The position numbers and the translations under genes were made by a program. Of a stretch of DNA of 64,000 nucleotides, positions 1 through 9,803 are shown piece by piece (position 1 is the first letter of the stretch; each line of letters begins with the position of its first letter). The notes below the pieces were generated by a model, which did no database searches, was not told where the DNA came from, and saw only the letters and a list, made by a program, of their open reading frames with translations. Source of the DNA: Porphyromonadaceae bacterium UBA7332 (GTDB lineage Bacteria > Bacteroidota > Bacteroidia > Bacteroidales > UBA7332); the NCBI GenBank assembly GCA_002471225.1, contig DKPO01000017.1, positions 21,216-85,215 of the forward strand. Reading direction: 5' to 3'.

Positions 1-617
1 TGAAGGATAGTCGTTCCTTGTATTCTGCGGTTTGTGGGGTATAATGTCATATATTTATATTTTTGTTTGAGAGAACGAAAGAGGAGAAGGGAAAGTTTAT
101 TCAACTCTTTTGTATTACAATCCAGATATTCCATCGCTTTATCAACATCTATGGGCAGATGTCTGTAATCGCGCATTATTTCAAGGGATTCCTGTATACC
201 GGACTTTGTTCTATATTTTTTTAATCGGTTACTTAGAATAAAATGCCAGACAAATCTTTTGAACCGATCAGGTAAATAACGATAATTTAAAGTTATAACG
301 CAATAAAACCGGATACAAAACCAATTTAAAGATTTTCCGGTGATCGTTCTGAACTGACTGGCAAAAAAGTAATCCATGAAAATATCTAATACAATCGGCG
401 CATATCGGCCAAGAGTTAACCGCATTTTACGAAGTTCTTCTTGTACTTCAGGATGAGTATCTGTCCAATGATCTATTTCGCGATGTCTGCGTATGCCTTT
501 TCGTATATTGGCTGGATAATGCTCAAAAGCTTTTCCTTTTACAGCGTCGGCGAAGAAACCGCCTAACTGCATATGTGACTTAGGGCCTGAAAAATAAATA
601 TGAGCCAGATAATTCAT
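1..617 (-). CDS. acpH: acyl carrier protein phosphodiesterase (AcpH-like), partial; 3' end runs off the window
   Basis: Hand translation of the minus strand from the ATG at 617 gives MNYLAHIYFSGPKSHMQLGGFFADAVKGKAFEHYPANIRKGIRRHREIDHWTDTHPEVQE..., open to position 1. The N-terminal xxLAHhxxS and HRxIDxxTDxxPEV pattern is typical of AcpH. It is absent from the ORF track because there is no stop in the window. Confidence 0.7.
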   Translation of the reverse strand, partial: MNYLAHIYFSGPKSHMQLGGFFADAVKGKAFEHYPANIRKGIRRHREIDHWTDTHPEVQEELRKMRLTLGRYAPIVLDIFMDYFFASQFRTITGKSLNWFCIRFYCVITLNYRYLPDRFKRFVWHFILSNRLKKYRTKSGIQESLEIMRDYRHLPIDVDKAMEYLDCNTKELNKLSLLLFRSLKQKYKYMTLYPTNRRIQGTTIL

Positions 618-777
618 GAATTGTTTCGTATGTTAGAATGCAAAAGTATAAAAAGATTTTTTCAAACAGGGATGAATTATTTCTCTTTTTACTATTCTGA
701 AATACAATATTTTACTGATAAAAGAGTCTTTTATGTAAACTTTAAATGCTTGCTAATCGTTTTGTAGATTCAATATT

Positions 778-2250
778 TTGCCTGTGAAATATTACACATT
801 CATCATATTACTCATTCTTTGTTCAAATTCTGTATGGGGACAAACCGATAGCAGAGATACTGTAAATTGTAATCCTGCTTCGGTTCGTTTTGAAAGACAA
901 GTAAAGCCGAAAGCCGGTTTTGCAGCATTGGAATTAGTAGGGTTAGATGCAATATTTTGGGGTGCTTCAAAATTTGTTGCAGGAAAACCATTTGCTGATA
1001 TAAGTCTTGCTACTATAAAAAAGAATTTGGATACAGGCTTCGTGTGGGATAATGATGAGTTTCCTACCAACCTGGTAGCACATCCTTATCAGGGCGGATT
1101 ATATTTTAGTGCAGGAAGAGCATGGGGCTTAAGTTTTTTACAATCTATTCCTTATGCCTTTACAGGTAGTTTTATATGGGAAATGTTTCTGGAAAATGAA
1201 CCGGCTTCGATCAATGATCTGATCACAACTACGATTGGAGGAATGGCTTACGGAGAGGTTATGCATCGATGTAGTGACCGCTTTGTTTGTTATGATCAAC
1301 GAGGAGTTAAAAGGCTGGGAAAGGAGTTGATTGCAGCGGTTATAGATCCTGCAAAAGCGGTAAAGCGTCTTTCTACAGGAGAGCTTTGGGCATATGATCC
1401 GGGCTATCAGAGAATAAATGTAAAAGAAGAACTCCGTATTCAGGCTGGTGCTCGTTATATTGGAAACCAAAGAGGAACCGGGGAGTGGAATCCGATTATC
1501 AGTTTGAAGTACACATATAACGATCCATTTGATGTAAGCGGACGTATACCTTTTGAGTATTTTGAATTGGATGGAGTGTTTAATATAGGTGATCACCAAC
1601 CTTTATTGGGTGAAATCCGGATTACAGGGCTATTATTTGGTGAAACGATTAAGCCGAATTGGCTTATAGGAGGATTTCAGCAATATAATTACATGAATTC
1701 GGAACGGGTAAGTAATAGTGTTAATAAGCAAGAAATACCCTTTAGAATAGCAGAGACAGCCGCCTTTGGTGTAGGCTCCATCTGGGAAAAAGAGATAGTT
1801 CGAAATGTAAATGTGAGATCAGATTTGTATTTGACCGGAGTTTTATTGGGAAGTTACTATTCTGATTATTATCGCTTCGGAAAACGAGATTATACTTATG
1901 GAAGCGGTTTTAGTTACCGGGCAAATATCAAATTCGACTTATGGACTAACGTATCTCTTTTTGCCCAGACTGAAGGGATTGAATTATTTAATCCGCAATC
2001 CTATCGCTGGAGCGATACAGTAAATAAAAATCAATTGTATCTCAATATACAAGGTGATCGCGGAAGAAGTTATGTGACTAAACAACAAGCAAGTGTGGCT
2101 GTAGATCTTTGGAAAGGTTTGGGACTTTCTCTGATATACAGCCATTATAATCGATTCGTAAAGGAGTTTAATCCTTATAATTCACGAATCATTTCGTATA
2201 ATTTTTCTAATCAGGATATTCGACTGCAACTGAGTTATACGTTTCATTGA
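778..2250 (+). CDS. hypothetical secreted/outer-membrane protein (DUF3943-like by recollection)
   Basis: 490-aa ORF with an N-terminal signal peptide (FIILLILCSNSVWGQ). The C-terminal half is rich in alternating aromatic residues and ends ...LQLSYTFH, which looks like a beta-barrel. A hairpin terminator follows. The start is uncertain: TTG at 778 or GTG at 784. Confidence 0.6.
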   Translation: MPVKYYTFIILLILCSNSVWGQTDSRDTVNCNPASVRFERQVKPKAGFAALELVGLDAIFWGASKFVAGKPFADISLATIKKNLDTGFVWDNDEFPTNLVAHPYQGGLYFSAGRAWGLSFLQSIPYAFTGSFIWEMFLENEPASINDLITTTIGGMAYGEVMHRCSDRFVCYDQRGVKRLGKELIAAVIDPAKAVKRLSTGELWAYDPGYQRINVKEELRIQAGARYIGNQRGTGEWNPIISLKYTYNDPFDVSGRIPFEYFELDGVFNIGDHQPLLGEIRITGLLFGETIKPNWLIGGFQQYNYMNSERVSNSVNKQEIPFRIAETAAFGVGSIWEKEIVRNVNVRSDLYLTGVLLGSYYSDYYRFGKRDYTYGSGFSYRANIKFDLWTNVSLFAQTEGIELFNPQSYRWSDTVNKNQLYLNIQGDRGRSYVTKQQASVAVDLWKGLGLSLIYSHYNRFVKEFNPYNSRIISYNFSNQDIRLQLSYTFH

Positions 2251-2252
2251 AA

Positions 2253-2285
2253 AAGGAGAGACCCGTACGGATCTCTCCTTTTTTG
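2253..2285 (+). terminator. intrinsic terminator
   Basis: GGAGAGA-loop-TCTCTCC hairpin followed by TTTTTT, directly after the stop at 2250. Confidence 0.75.
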
Positions 2286-2477
2286 ATTTTTGAACACAAC
2301 TTGTAAACCAAAACCTAATCAGACTATATTTTCCCTGAATAACTATTTAATTGTCTCTTTATTAGGTAAACGCTTCATAAATGTCAGAACCGACAAAATT
2401 TTTTCATTTTTTTCTTACAAGATTAAAAAACATACGATTTAGTACTTTCGGGCATAGAATATTACCACATTTTCTCT

Positions 2478-2485
2478 TACTTTTG
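2478..2485 (+). promoter_or_regulatory. Bacteroidetes-type -7 promoter box (TAnnTTTG)
   Basis: TACTTTTG lies 46 nt upstream of the ATG at 2531. No clear -33 TTTG was seen. Confidence 0.4.
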
Positions 2486-2530
2486 TCGATAATCAAAACC
2501 AGTCAATAAAACTTTAAACACAATGTTTTT

Positions 2531-3025
2531 ATGAATGATCAGATGAAATCGGAGAAATATAAGTTGTTATTTGTATGTTTAGGAAATATTTGCCGATCTC
2601 CGACTGCTGAAGGTATTATGATTGATCTGGTAAAGAAAGCAGGATTAGAACATCAGATACAGATAGATTCAGCCGGAACTTATGGCGGACATGCAGGTGA
2701 GCTACCTGATTCTCGGATGCGTCAGCATGCGTCGCGCCGTGGTTATAATCTGATAAGCCGGTCAAGACAAGTAAAACCTATGGATTTCGAGGAATTTGAT
2801 CTGATTCTCGCAATGGATGATAAGAATTATCAAAATCTGCGGGATCTGGCACCTGATATTGAATCAATGAATAAAGTGCACAGGATGGTCGAATTTTGTC
2901 AGAATTCGACGTTAGATTATGTACCAGATCCCTATTATGGTGGAGCAGAAGGATTCGAGCTTGTTCTGGATCTGTTGGAAGATGCTTGCGAAGGGTTATT
3001 GAATGATGTAAAACAAAAATTGTAA
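2531..3025 (+). CDS. low-molecular-weight protein-tyrosine phosphatase
   Basis: Has the CX5R(S/T) P-loop LFVCLGNICRSPTAEG and a DPYYG motif near the C-terminus. The 164-aa size fits. Confidence 0.9.
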   Translation: MNDQMKSEKYKLLFVCLGNICRSPTAEGIMIDLVKKAGLEHQIQIDSAGTYGGHAGELPDSRMRQHASRRGYNLISRSRQVKPMDFEEFDLILAMDDKNYQNLRDLAPDIESMNKVHRMVEFCQNSTLDYVPDPYYGGAEGFELVLDLLEDACEGLLNDVKQKL

Positions 3026-3034
3026 TAAAGAGAT

Positions 3035-3469
3035 ATGAAAGTAAGAATAATCAATAAATCGAAACACGAATTACCTCAGTACGCAACAGTTCATGCCGCA
3101 GGAATGGATATCCGTGCGAATTTGAATGAGCCAATCACTTTAGCTCCTTTGCAGAGATGTTTGGTTCCAACAGGTCTTTTTCTTGAAATACCTGTAGGAT
3201 TCGAAGCACAGATACGTCCAAGAAGCGGATTGGCATTGAAAAAAGGAATTACTGTTCTTAACTCACCCGGGACGATTGATGCTGATTATCGTGGAGAAGT
3301 CGGTATTATATTGATTAATCTATCGTCAGAACCTTTTGTTATTGAAGATGGCGAACGTATTTGTCAGATGGTTATAGCTGCTCATGCTCAGGTGCAATGG
3401 GAGCAGGTTGAATCTTTGGATTCGACAGATCGCGGTGAAGGCGGTTTCGGTCACACAGGCAAACAATAA
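3035..3469 (+). CDS. dut: dUTP diphosphatase
   Basis: 144 aa with the dUTPase motifs [27 protein letters not shown] and a C-terminal [10 protein letters not shown]. Confidence 0.95.
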   Translation: MKVRIINKSKHELPQYATVHAAGMDIRANLNEPITLAPLQRCLVPTGLFLEIPVGFEAQIRPRSGLALKKGITVLNSPGTIDADYRGEVGIILINLSSEPFVIEDGERICQMVIAAHAQVQWEQVESLDSTDRGEGGFGHTGKQ

Positions 3470-3497
3470 TGGATCTACATTCAAACCTTTGAAATCT

Positions 3498-5264
3498 ATG
3501 AAGAAAGTACCTATATATCTGTTACTCGTATCTCTTACGACCGTATTCGGAATCAGTTGTAAATCATCAGGACAATTAGCAGTAAAAGCTCCGGATTCTT
3601 TTGTAAATCCGTTGTCTGATGAGGAAAAACAACGTGCAGATTATTATTTTATGGAAGGCATGCGGTTGAAGGCAATTAATCAGCAGGATGCTGCCTTTGA
3701 TGCTTTTAATCGTGCATTGGCAATTGATACGATGCATACAGCAGCTATGTATTCACTTTCTAATTATTATTTGCGTTTGAGAAATCCGATTAAGGCTTTC
3801 TCTCTTTTGCAAAAGTCTATTCAATACGATCCGGATAACTACTGGTACCTTTATGCTGCAGCCAATCTGGCACAGCAGCTGAATATGAATGAAGAAGCTA
3901 TTGATTACTATAATCAGATCATGGCTAATCATTCAGATAAACCTGAGATTATCTATTCTATTTCTGAGGTTTATGTCCAAATGGGAGAATTGGAGAAAGC
4001 GATTAAAACATTGGATCTTCTGGAAGAAAAGATGGGGCCGATGGAAATGATCTCTTTGCAGAAATCTAAGCTTTATATGACGCTTAAGCAAGAAGCAAAT
4101 GCTAAAGCTGAAATAGATAAACTGATTGCTGCTTATCCGAATGATATTCGTTATACGTTAATGATGGGAGATATTGCTATGGATTCTGATAAACAGGACA
4201 TGGCAATGGAGTATTATAATAAGGCAAAAGCTATTGATCCGAATGACGGACGTTTGCAACTGTCTTTAGCTAATTACTACTTCCGTATCGGAGAACAGGA
4301 TTCTGCCGAAATGCAGATAAAACATGCATTGCACAATAAAGATCTGGAAATTGATGTAAAAATCGATATCCTTAAAGATTATCTGAAAACGCTTTATATG
4401 AAAAAAGAGAATACACAAGAGCGTGATAATCTGTTTGATATTCTCTTTGAATCTTATCCACAGGAAAAGGAGTTGTTTAAACTTCAATCCAGCTATCTGA
4501 TTACAGAAAAAAGATTGAAAGAAGCACAGGATCGCCTGACAATCGCTGTAGGTCTTGATCCGAATGATCGTGAGTTGTGGATGAGCTTGCTGGATGTTTG
4601 TCTCAGACAGCAAGAGTTTAAGGAAGTGATAGAGACTTGCCGCAAGGCTTTAGTCTATTTTCCGAAAGATGGGGAGTTTTATTACTATCAATCGATTGCG
4701 CTGAGTATCGAAGAAAAATATAAAGAGGCGATAGAAGTGCTTGATAAAGGTTTATCCGTAATGGAAAAGAATAATCCGAGATTGATATCGGGCATGTACA
4801 CTCAGATGGGTGATATCTACCATCAGCTGGAAGATCGTAAAAAGTGTTTTGAAGCTTATGATAAAGCTTTGGAGTACTATCCGGATAATGCATCGGTACT
4901 AAATAATTATGCCTATTTCTTATCACTTGATAAGGGCGATTTATCGCGGGCAGAGCAAATGAGTGCTAAAGCAATTAAAATAGAACCGGAAAACAGTACA
5001 TTTCTGGATACGTATGCCTGGATATACTTTCAGATGGAGAACTACTTCTTAGCTAAATTCTATATGGAAAAAGCGATTAGAAACGGAGGAGATGAAAGTG
5101 ATATTCTAATTGATCATTACGGGGATATTCTTTTCAAAAACGGGGATGTGGAAGGCGCTCTTGTTCAGTGGCAAAAAGCTTTGGATATGGGTAATAAGTC
5201 TAAAGTGCTGAAAGAGAAAATAGAAAAGAAAACGTATATTCCGGAACCGGAAGAAAAGAACTAA
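3498..5264 (+). CDS. TPR-repeat lipoprotein
   Basis: The track ORF 3384..5264 overlaps dut. The internal ATG at 3498 gives MKKVPIYLLLVSLTTVFGISC, a lipoprotein signal. The body is repeated TPR-like 34-aa units (A..YY/F..A...P pattern). Confidence 0.8.
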   Translation: MKKVPIYLLLVSLTTVFGISCKSSGQLAVKAPDSFVNPLSDEEKQRADYYFMEGMRLKAINQQDAAFDAFNRALAIDTMHTAAMYSLSNYYLRLRNPIKAFSLLQKSIQYDPDNYWYLYAAANLAQQLNMNEEAIDYYNQIMANHSDKPEIIYSISEVYVQMGELEKAIKTLDLLEEKMGPMEMISLQKSKLYMTLKQEANAKAEIDKLIAAYPNDIRYTLMMGDIAMDSDKQDMAMEYYNKAKAIDPNDGRLQLSLANYYFRIGEQDSAEMQIKHALHNKDLEIDVKIDILKDYLKTLYMKKENTQERDNLFDILFESYPQEKELFKLQSSYLITEKRLKEAQDRLTIAVGLDPNDRELWMSLLDVCLRQQEFKEVIETCRKALVYFPKDGEFYYYQSIALSIEEKYKEAIEVLDKGLSVMEKNNPRLISGMYTQMGDIYHQLEDRKKCFEAYDKALEYYPDNASVLNNYAYFLSLDKGDLSRAEQMSAKAIKIEPENSTFLDTYAWIYFQMENYFLAKFYMEKAIRNGGDESDILIDHYGDILFKNGDVEGALVQWQKALDMGNKSKVLKEKIEKKTYIPEPEEKN

Positions 5265-5278
5265 ACTAAATTGAGTAT

Positions 5279-6094
5279 ATGAAAAGAGGATATCAGAAAC
5301 TATTTATTGTTTTGCTTGCCTTTACAACCATGTTTACGGCTTGTAAAACATCTAAAATTGGAAAACCCCAACACGGGAAAGTAGGAGTAGAGCGTATTAA
5401 TCAGGCAATACAATCTCAATTTCAATATGACTACTTTACTTCAAAAGGAGATGTTGAAATAGAAACAGGAACGAATCGTATTTCATCAAAAAGTGAATTG
5501 CGAATGATCCGGAACGAAGCTATTCAACTGTCTGCTCAACCGATTCTTGGTATTGAGGTTGCCCGTTTAGGCATAACGACCGATACGCTGATTATACTGG
5601 ATCGCATGGGTAAGCAATATGTTGCGGAATCGCTTATTCCGGTTAAAAGTCTGCTTCCGAAAGAATTGAATCTTGAAACATTGCAAGCCTTATTGACGAA
5701 TCAGTTATTTACGGCAAATGATAAAAAGTTGTCGGCTTCAGATTTTACGAGTAAAGAAGACGGCAATAAGTTGCTGCTTGGAACAAAAGGAAAAGTCGTA
5801 AATTTTGAATTTACTTTGAATCCCGAAGCTCGTTTGACAGAGACGAAAGTGTTGAGTAAAAACGGGAATATCATTGCAACGTGTTCATACCACGATTTTA
5901 AAAGAATCGGAGACGGCCAGCTTTTCCCACATCAGGTAAAAGTCTCTTTTGTGTTAAAAGGTAAACCGTGTGTATTGAAATTTCGTTTTGCTAATTTGAA
6001 TATGAGTAAAAAGCCGGAGATTAACTTAAGTGTGCCGGGTAAATATAAACAGCTAAAAGTGGAAGATCTTCTCAAAATGATATTGAAAAATTGA
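5279..6094 (+). CDS. hypothetical lipoprotein (DUF4292/LolB-like by recollection)
   Basis: 271 aa with the lipobox LAFTTMFTAC. The position between the TPR protein and the M23 peptidase matches a conserved Bacteroidales arrangement. Confidence 0.6.
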   Translation: MKRGYQKLFIVLLAFTTMFTACKTSKIGKPQHGKVGVERINQAIQSQFQYDYFTSKGDVEIETGTNRISSKSELRMIRNEAIQLSAQPILGIEVARLGITTDTLIILDRMGKQYVAESLIPVKSLLPKELNLETLQALLTNQLFTANDKKLSASDFTSKEDGNKLLLGTKGKVVNFEFTLNPEARLTETKVLSKNGNIIATCSYHDFKRIGDGQLFPHQVKVSFVLKGKPCVLKFRFANLNMSKKPEINLSVPGKYKQLKVEDLLKMILKN

Positions 6095-6125
6095 TCTGCA
6101 CGAAACTATAAATAAATAAAATCAG

Positions 6126-7454
6126 ATGACTATCAGATTATTTATACTCTCTTTGTTTGCATTCCTCTGTATGCAGGGTTGGGGACAATCTCAAAAGCAG
6201 TTGAAAGAGCTGGAACGTAAAAGAAAAGCAGCTCTGGAGCAGATGGAAATTACGGATAATTTATTGCAGTCGAATAAGAAAGATGCAGCCAGTACGTTGA
6301 ATAAGATCCAGTTATTAGGAAAGCAGATCGAAGTCAGACGTAGCTATATTGATGCATTGAATGGTGAGGTTGATGTACTTGAAAAGCAAATCAGACGTAT
6401 CGACCGAGATGTAAAAGATTTGCAGTTTGAGCTTTCTATGAAGAAGCAAAATTACGCGAAAGCAATGCAAGGAATGAATAAACGAAAGTCATCGTATGAT
6501 AAGCTGATGTTTATTTTCTCTGCGGATAATCTGGCACAGACGTATCGCCGGATTCGTTATTTACGTGAATATTCAGTCTGGAGAAGAATTCAGTCTGAAG
6601 AGATTATGGAAAAAACGAAAACGCTTGAACAGAAACGTTTAGAGCTTCAGAGTAATCGAACAGAAAAAGAAAAACTGTTAGGAGAGCGAGAAGTGGAACG
6701 TAAAAATCTGGAGTCTGAAGAGCAGAAACAGAAAGAGGCTTCGAAAGAGCTGAATAAGCGAAGAAAAGAGTTACAAACTCAGCTTAAAAAGCAAAAGCAA
6801 CAAGCTGAAGCATTAAATAATCGTATTCAGCAGATTATTGAAGAAGAGGCTCGTCGTGCAGCCGAAGAAGCTCGTAAAGCCGCTGAGGCAAAAAGAAAAG
6901 CCGCTGAAGCAGCAAGAAAAAAAGCTGCAGCGGGCGGTAGCACTTCGTCTCCGAAGCCATCAGTTTCCACTTCGCAGGAACGGGTCTCTGAGTCAAAAGG
7001 CGGATATGCCATGACGAAAGAAGAACAACAGTTGTCTTCTAACTTTGGGGCTAACCGGGGGAAACTTCCGATGCCGCTTCGAGGCAGATACGTGATTATA
7101 GGACGTTTCGGCATTCAGCAAAGTAAGGATCATAAATATGTTCAAACTGAAAATAAGGGAATTGACATTCTTACCAATCCGGGAACTGAAGCCAGATCAG
7201 TATTTAATGGAGTTGTTTCCATGGTTTTTGTAGTTCCTGGCTTTAATAATACCGTAATGGTTCGTCATGGTAACTATCTGACTGTATATTCCAATCTGAG
7301 TGCTGTATATGTCAAAAAAGGAGATACGGTTGCACTGGGACAGTCCTTAGGTGAGATTTATTCGGATAAAGACGATAATAATCGTACAGTGCTTCATTTC
7401 CAGTTATGGAAAGAAACAACTAAGTTGAATCCTGAATTATGGTTGAATAAATAA
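6126..7454 (+). CDS. M23 family metallopeptidase with long coiled-coil (EnvC-like murein hydrolase activator)
   Basis: Signal peptide, then about 270 aa of K/E/Q/A-rich heptad-like coiled coil, then a C-terminal LytM/M23 domain (GIDI...GxxVxAVxxGxV...GNYLTVYSNL...LHFQLW). Confidence 0.85.
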   Translation: MTIRLFILSLFAFLCMQGWGQSQKQLKELERKRKAALEQMEITDNLLQSNKKDAASTLNKIQLLGKQIEVRRSYIDALNGEVDVLEKQIRRIDRDVKDLQFELSMKKQNYAKAMQGMNKRKSSYDKLMFIFSADNLAQTYRRIRYLREYSVWRRIQSEEIMEKTKTLEQKRLELQSNRTEKEKLLGEREVERKNLESEEQKQKEASKELNKRRKELQTQLKKQKQQAEALNNRIQQIIEEEARRAAEEARKAAEAKRKAAEAARKKAAAGGSTSSPKPSVSTSQERVSESKGGYAMTKEEQQLSSNFGANRGKLPMPLRGRYVIIGRFGIQQSKDHKYVQTENKGIDILTNPGTEARSVFNGVVSMVFVVPGFNNTVMVRHGNYLTVYSNLSAVYVKKGDTVALGQSLGEIYSDKDDNNRTVLHFQLWKETTKLNPELWLNK

Positions 7455-7466
7455 TAAACAAGCTAT

Positions 7467-8279
7467 ATGATTATTCCAAAATTAAAACATACAGAATCGA
7501 ACAACTTTTTCCTAATGGCAGGTCCTTGTGTCATTGAAGGAGAAGAGATGGCGATGGAAATAGCAGAGAAAGTGGTTGCTATTTCAGACAAATTGCAAAT
7601 CCCGTATATCTTTAAGGGATCCTATCGTAAAGCAAACCGGTCAAGAATCGATTCATTTACAGGTATCGGAGATGAAAAAGCGCTTGAGATTCTTAAGAAA
7701 GTGGGCGAACGATTTGATATTCCTACCGTAACGGATATTCATTCGGCAGAGGAAGCTGCAATGGCTGCTAAATACGTAGATGTACTTCAGATTCCTGCCT
7801 TTTTATGTCGTCAGACAGACCTGTTGATTGCTGCGGCTCAGACAGGAAAAGTTGTGAACATCAAGAAAGGACAGTTCTTATCACCTGAATCGATGCAATT
7901 CGCAGTTCAGAAAATATGGGATTGCGGAAACCCGAATGCAATGATTACGGATAGAGGAACAACATTCGGATATCATGATCTGATTGTAGATTATCGGGGA
8001 ATTCCTCAAATGCAGAAGTTTGATTGTCCGGTTATTCTGGATGTAACACATTCACTTCAGCAACCCAATCAAACTTCAGGCGTGACCGGAGGTCTACCGG
8101 AACTGATAGAAACGATAGCTCGTGCCGGTGTGGTAGTGGGTGTTGATGGTTTGTTTATCGAAACTCATATGGATCCTTCGGTAGCTAAATCGGATGGAGC
8201 GAATATGCTTCGCCTTGATTTACTGGAATCATTGATGGAGAGACTTGTAGCTATTCGTAAAACAATAACTTCGTTTTAA
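7467..8279 (+). CDS. kdsA: 3-deoxy-8-phosphooctulonate synthase
   Basis: 270 aa with KdsA-like blocks: AGPCVIE, KGSYRKANRSRIDSFTG, DIHS...A, LQIPAFLCRQTDL, DVTHSLQ. Confidence 0.9.
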   Translation: MIIPKLKHTESNNFFLMAGPCVIEGEEMAMEIAEKVVAISDKLQIPYIFKGSYRKANRSRIDSFTGIGDEKALEILKKVGERFDIPTVTDIHSAEEAAMAAKYVDVLQIPAFLCRQTDLLIAAAQTGKVVNIKKGQFLSPESMQFAVQKIWDCGNPNAMITDRGTTFGYHDLIVDYRGIPQMQKFDCPVILDVTHSLQQPNQTSGVTGGLPELIETIARAGVVVGVDGLFIETHMDPSVAKSDGANMLRLDLLESLMERLVAIRKTITSF

Positions 8280-8281
8280 TC

Positions 8282-8770
8282 ATGATGCGTATCGGATTAT
8301 TGTCTGATACACACGGATATTGGGATGATCGATATAAGGAATACTTTGCCGAATGTGATGAAATATGGCACGCCGGCGATATAGGTTCAGAAGATCTTAT
8401 AGATAAACTTGAGCAAATTAAACCCGTCCGTGCGGTATATGGAAATATTGACAGCCATGCAACGCGTTTGCGATTTCCTCAGCATCAAAAGTTTACAATG
8501 GAAGGTGTAAAAGTCTGGATGACTCATATAGGAGGTTATCCGGGGAAATATGAACCATCCGTAAGTAAATTGATACATTATAATCCTCCGGGTTTATTTA
8601 TATCAGGGCATTCCCATATATTGAAGGTGATGTCAGATAAGCGTCTCGGTTTATTGCATGTAAACTCCGGTGCAGCAGGTAAATACGGTTTTCATACAAA
8701 GCGGACACTTGTTCGTTTTACATTAGATAACGGACATGTGAAAGATCTCGAAGTTATCGAACTTTCATAA
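8282..8770 (+). CDS. metallophosphoesterase family protein (YfcE/MJ0936-like)
   Basis: Calcineurin-like motifs LSDTHG, HAGDIGS, GNIDS, THIGG and SGHSH in a 162-aa protein. Confidence 0.85.
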   Translation: MMRIGLLSDTHGYWDDRYKEYFAECDEIWHAGDIGSEDLIDKLEQIKPVRAVYGNIDSHATRLRFPQHQKFTMEGVKVWMTHIGGYPGKYEPSVSKLIHYNPPGLFISGHSHILKVMSDKRLGLLHVNSGAAGKYGFHTKRTLVRFTLDNGHVKDLEVIELS

Positions 8771-8785
8771 TTTTATCATAAGATA

Positions 8786-8838
8786 AAAGGCATACAACGA
8801 GAGAAAAAATCTCTTTTTGTATGCCTTTTCTCTTTTAA
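8786..8838 (+). terminator. intrinsic terminator
   Basis: AAGGCATACAA...TTGTATGCCTT hairpin followed by a T-rich tract after the stop at 8770. Confidence 0.7.
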
Positions 8839-8929
8839 CAGTCTGCTTTTTTAATTGTTAATAAATACAATAAGTGTATGACATTAAGTTAGAATCAGTA
8901 ACTTGCTTCGTAAATTCAAAACTTAGCAG

Positions 8930-8937
8930 TAATTTTG
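8930..8937 (+). promoter_or_regulatory. Bacteroidetes-type -7 promoter box for the sulfation operon
   Basis: TAATTTTG lies 32 nt upstream of the cysQ ATG. It follows the terminator at 8786-8838, so a new transcription unit probably begins here. Confidence 0.45.
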
Positions 8938-8968
8938 CTAAATAATAAGCACTTAAATAACAAAACTA

Positions 8969-9769
8969 ATGATTGAGAATCTTTCAATTGCCATAAAAGC
9001 TGCCATAAAAGCAGGAAATGAAATAATGCGGGTTTATAATGATCCGAAATCTGACTTTCAAGTAGAAAAGAAAGCAGATAACTCTCCTCTGACAATTGCT
9101 GATAAAAACGCCAACGAGATCATCACTTCTTTGTTGGATCGTACAATGATTCCTATATTAAGCGAAGAAGGTAAAGAAATTCCGTTTGAAGAACGTGCCA
9201 AATGGCCGGAGCTTTGGATTGTTGATCCATTAGACGGAACGAAAGAATTTATTAAAAAGAATGGCGAATTCACAGTTAACATCGCATTAGTTCGTGCAGG
9301 CGTTCCAGTATTAGGCGTGATTTACCTGCCGGCTAAACAGATCATTTATATGGGCGTTGACGGAGTCGGCGCATTCAAAGCTGAAGTAAAAAATCCTGAA
9401 ACGATTTATATCGTAGACGAGGTTATGGGAGCAGCAATTCGTATACCGCAAGCTCAGGAGCGCGATAATTTAATTGTTGTAGCTTCACGTTCACATTTAA
9501 GTCCTGAAACTGAAACGTATATTGCGAAATTAAAAGAAGAAGGAAAAGAAATTGATATGATTTCGAGCGGAAGCTCTATAAAAATCTGTTTGGTAGCCGA
9601 AGGTGCAGCAGACGTTTATCCACGCTTTGCTCCGACAATGGAATGGGATACGGCTGCGGGGCATGCTATTGCACGTGCGGCGGGAAGAGAAATTTATCAG
9701 GCTGATGAAACTTCTCCTTTGGTTTATAATAAAGAGAATTTATTAAACCCTTGGTTCGTAGTTAAGTAA
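8969..9769 (+). CDS. cysQ: 3'(2'),5'-bisphosphate nucleotidase
   Basis: Inositol-monophosphatase-fold motifs SEEG, WIVDPLDGTKEF and EWDTAAG. It sits at the head of the cysC/D/N cluster. Confidence 0.85.
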   Translation: MIENLSIAIKAAIKAGNEIMRVYNDPKSDFQVEKKADNSPLTIADKNANEIITSLLDRTMIPILSEEGKEIPFEERAKWPELWIVDPLDGTKEFIKKNGEFTVNIALVRAGVPVLGVIYLPAKQIIYMGVDGVGAFKAEVKNPETIYIVDEVMGAAIRIPQAQERDNLIVVASRSHLSPETETYIAKLKEEGKEIDMISSGSSIKICLVAEGAADVYPRFAPTMEWDTAAGHAIARAAGREIYQADETSPLVYNKENLLNPWFVVK

Positions 9770-9803
9770 TAACTATGTACTGCTTAGGATCTGAAATAAT
9801 AAA

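Noticed and set aside
792-1599. Two minus-strand ORFs (92 and 153 aa) inside the 778-2250 gene
   Set aside because: They are fully nested antisense to a longer ORF that has a signal peptide and a terminator, with no independent support. The same reasoning applies to the other nested antisense ORFs in the track, for example 4266-4926, 10422-11092, 12308-12839, 13307-14472, 18025-19126, 26337-26969, 35091-36639, 47390-47784, 52207-52997 and 58129-58914.
3384-3497. N-terminal 38-codon extension of the TPR ORF that overlaps the end of dut
   Set aside because: The extension has no signal or TPR character and overlaps dut by 86 nt. The internal ATG at 3498 gives a clean lipoprotein signal peptide.
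6827-7114. 95-aa antisense ORF inside the M23 peptidase gene
   Set aside because: It lies opposite the A/K/E-rich coiled-coil and Ala-rich linker. The A/S/F-rich product is a typical antisense artefact.
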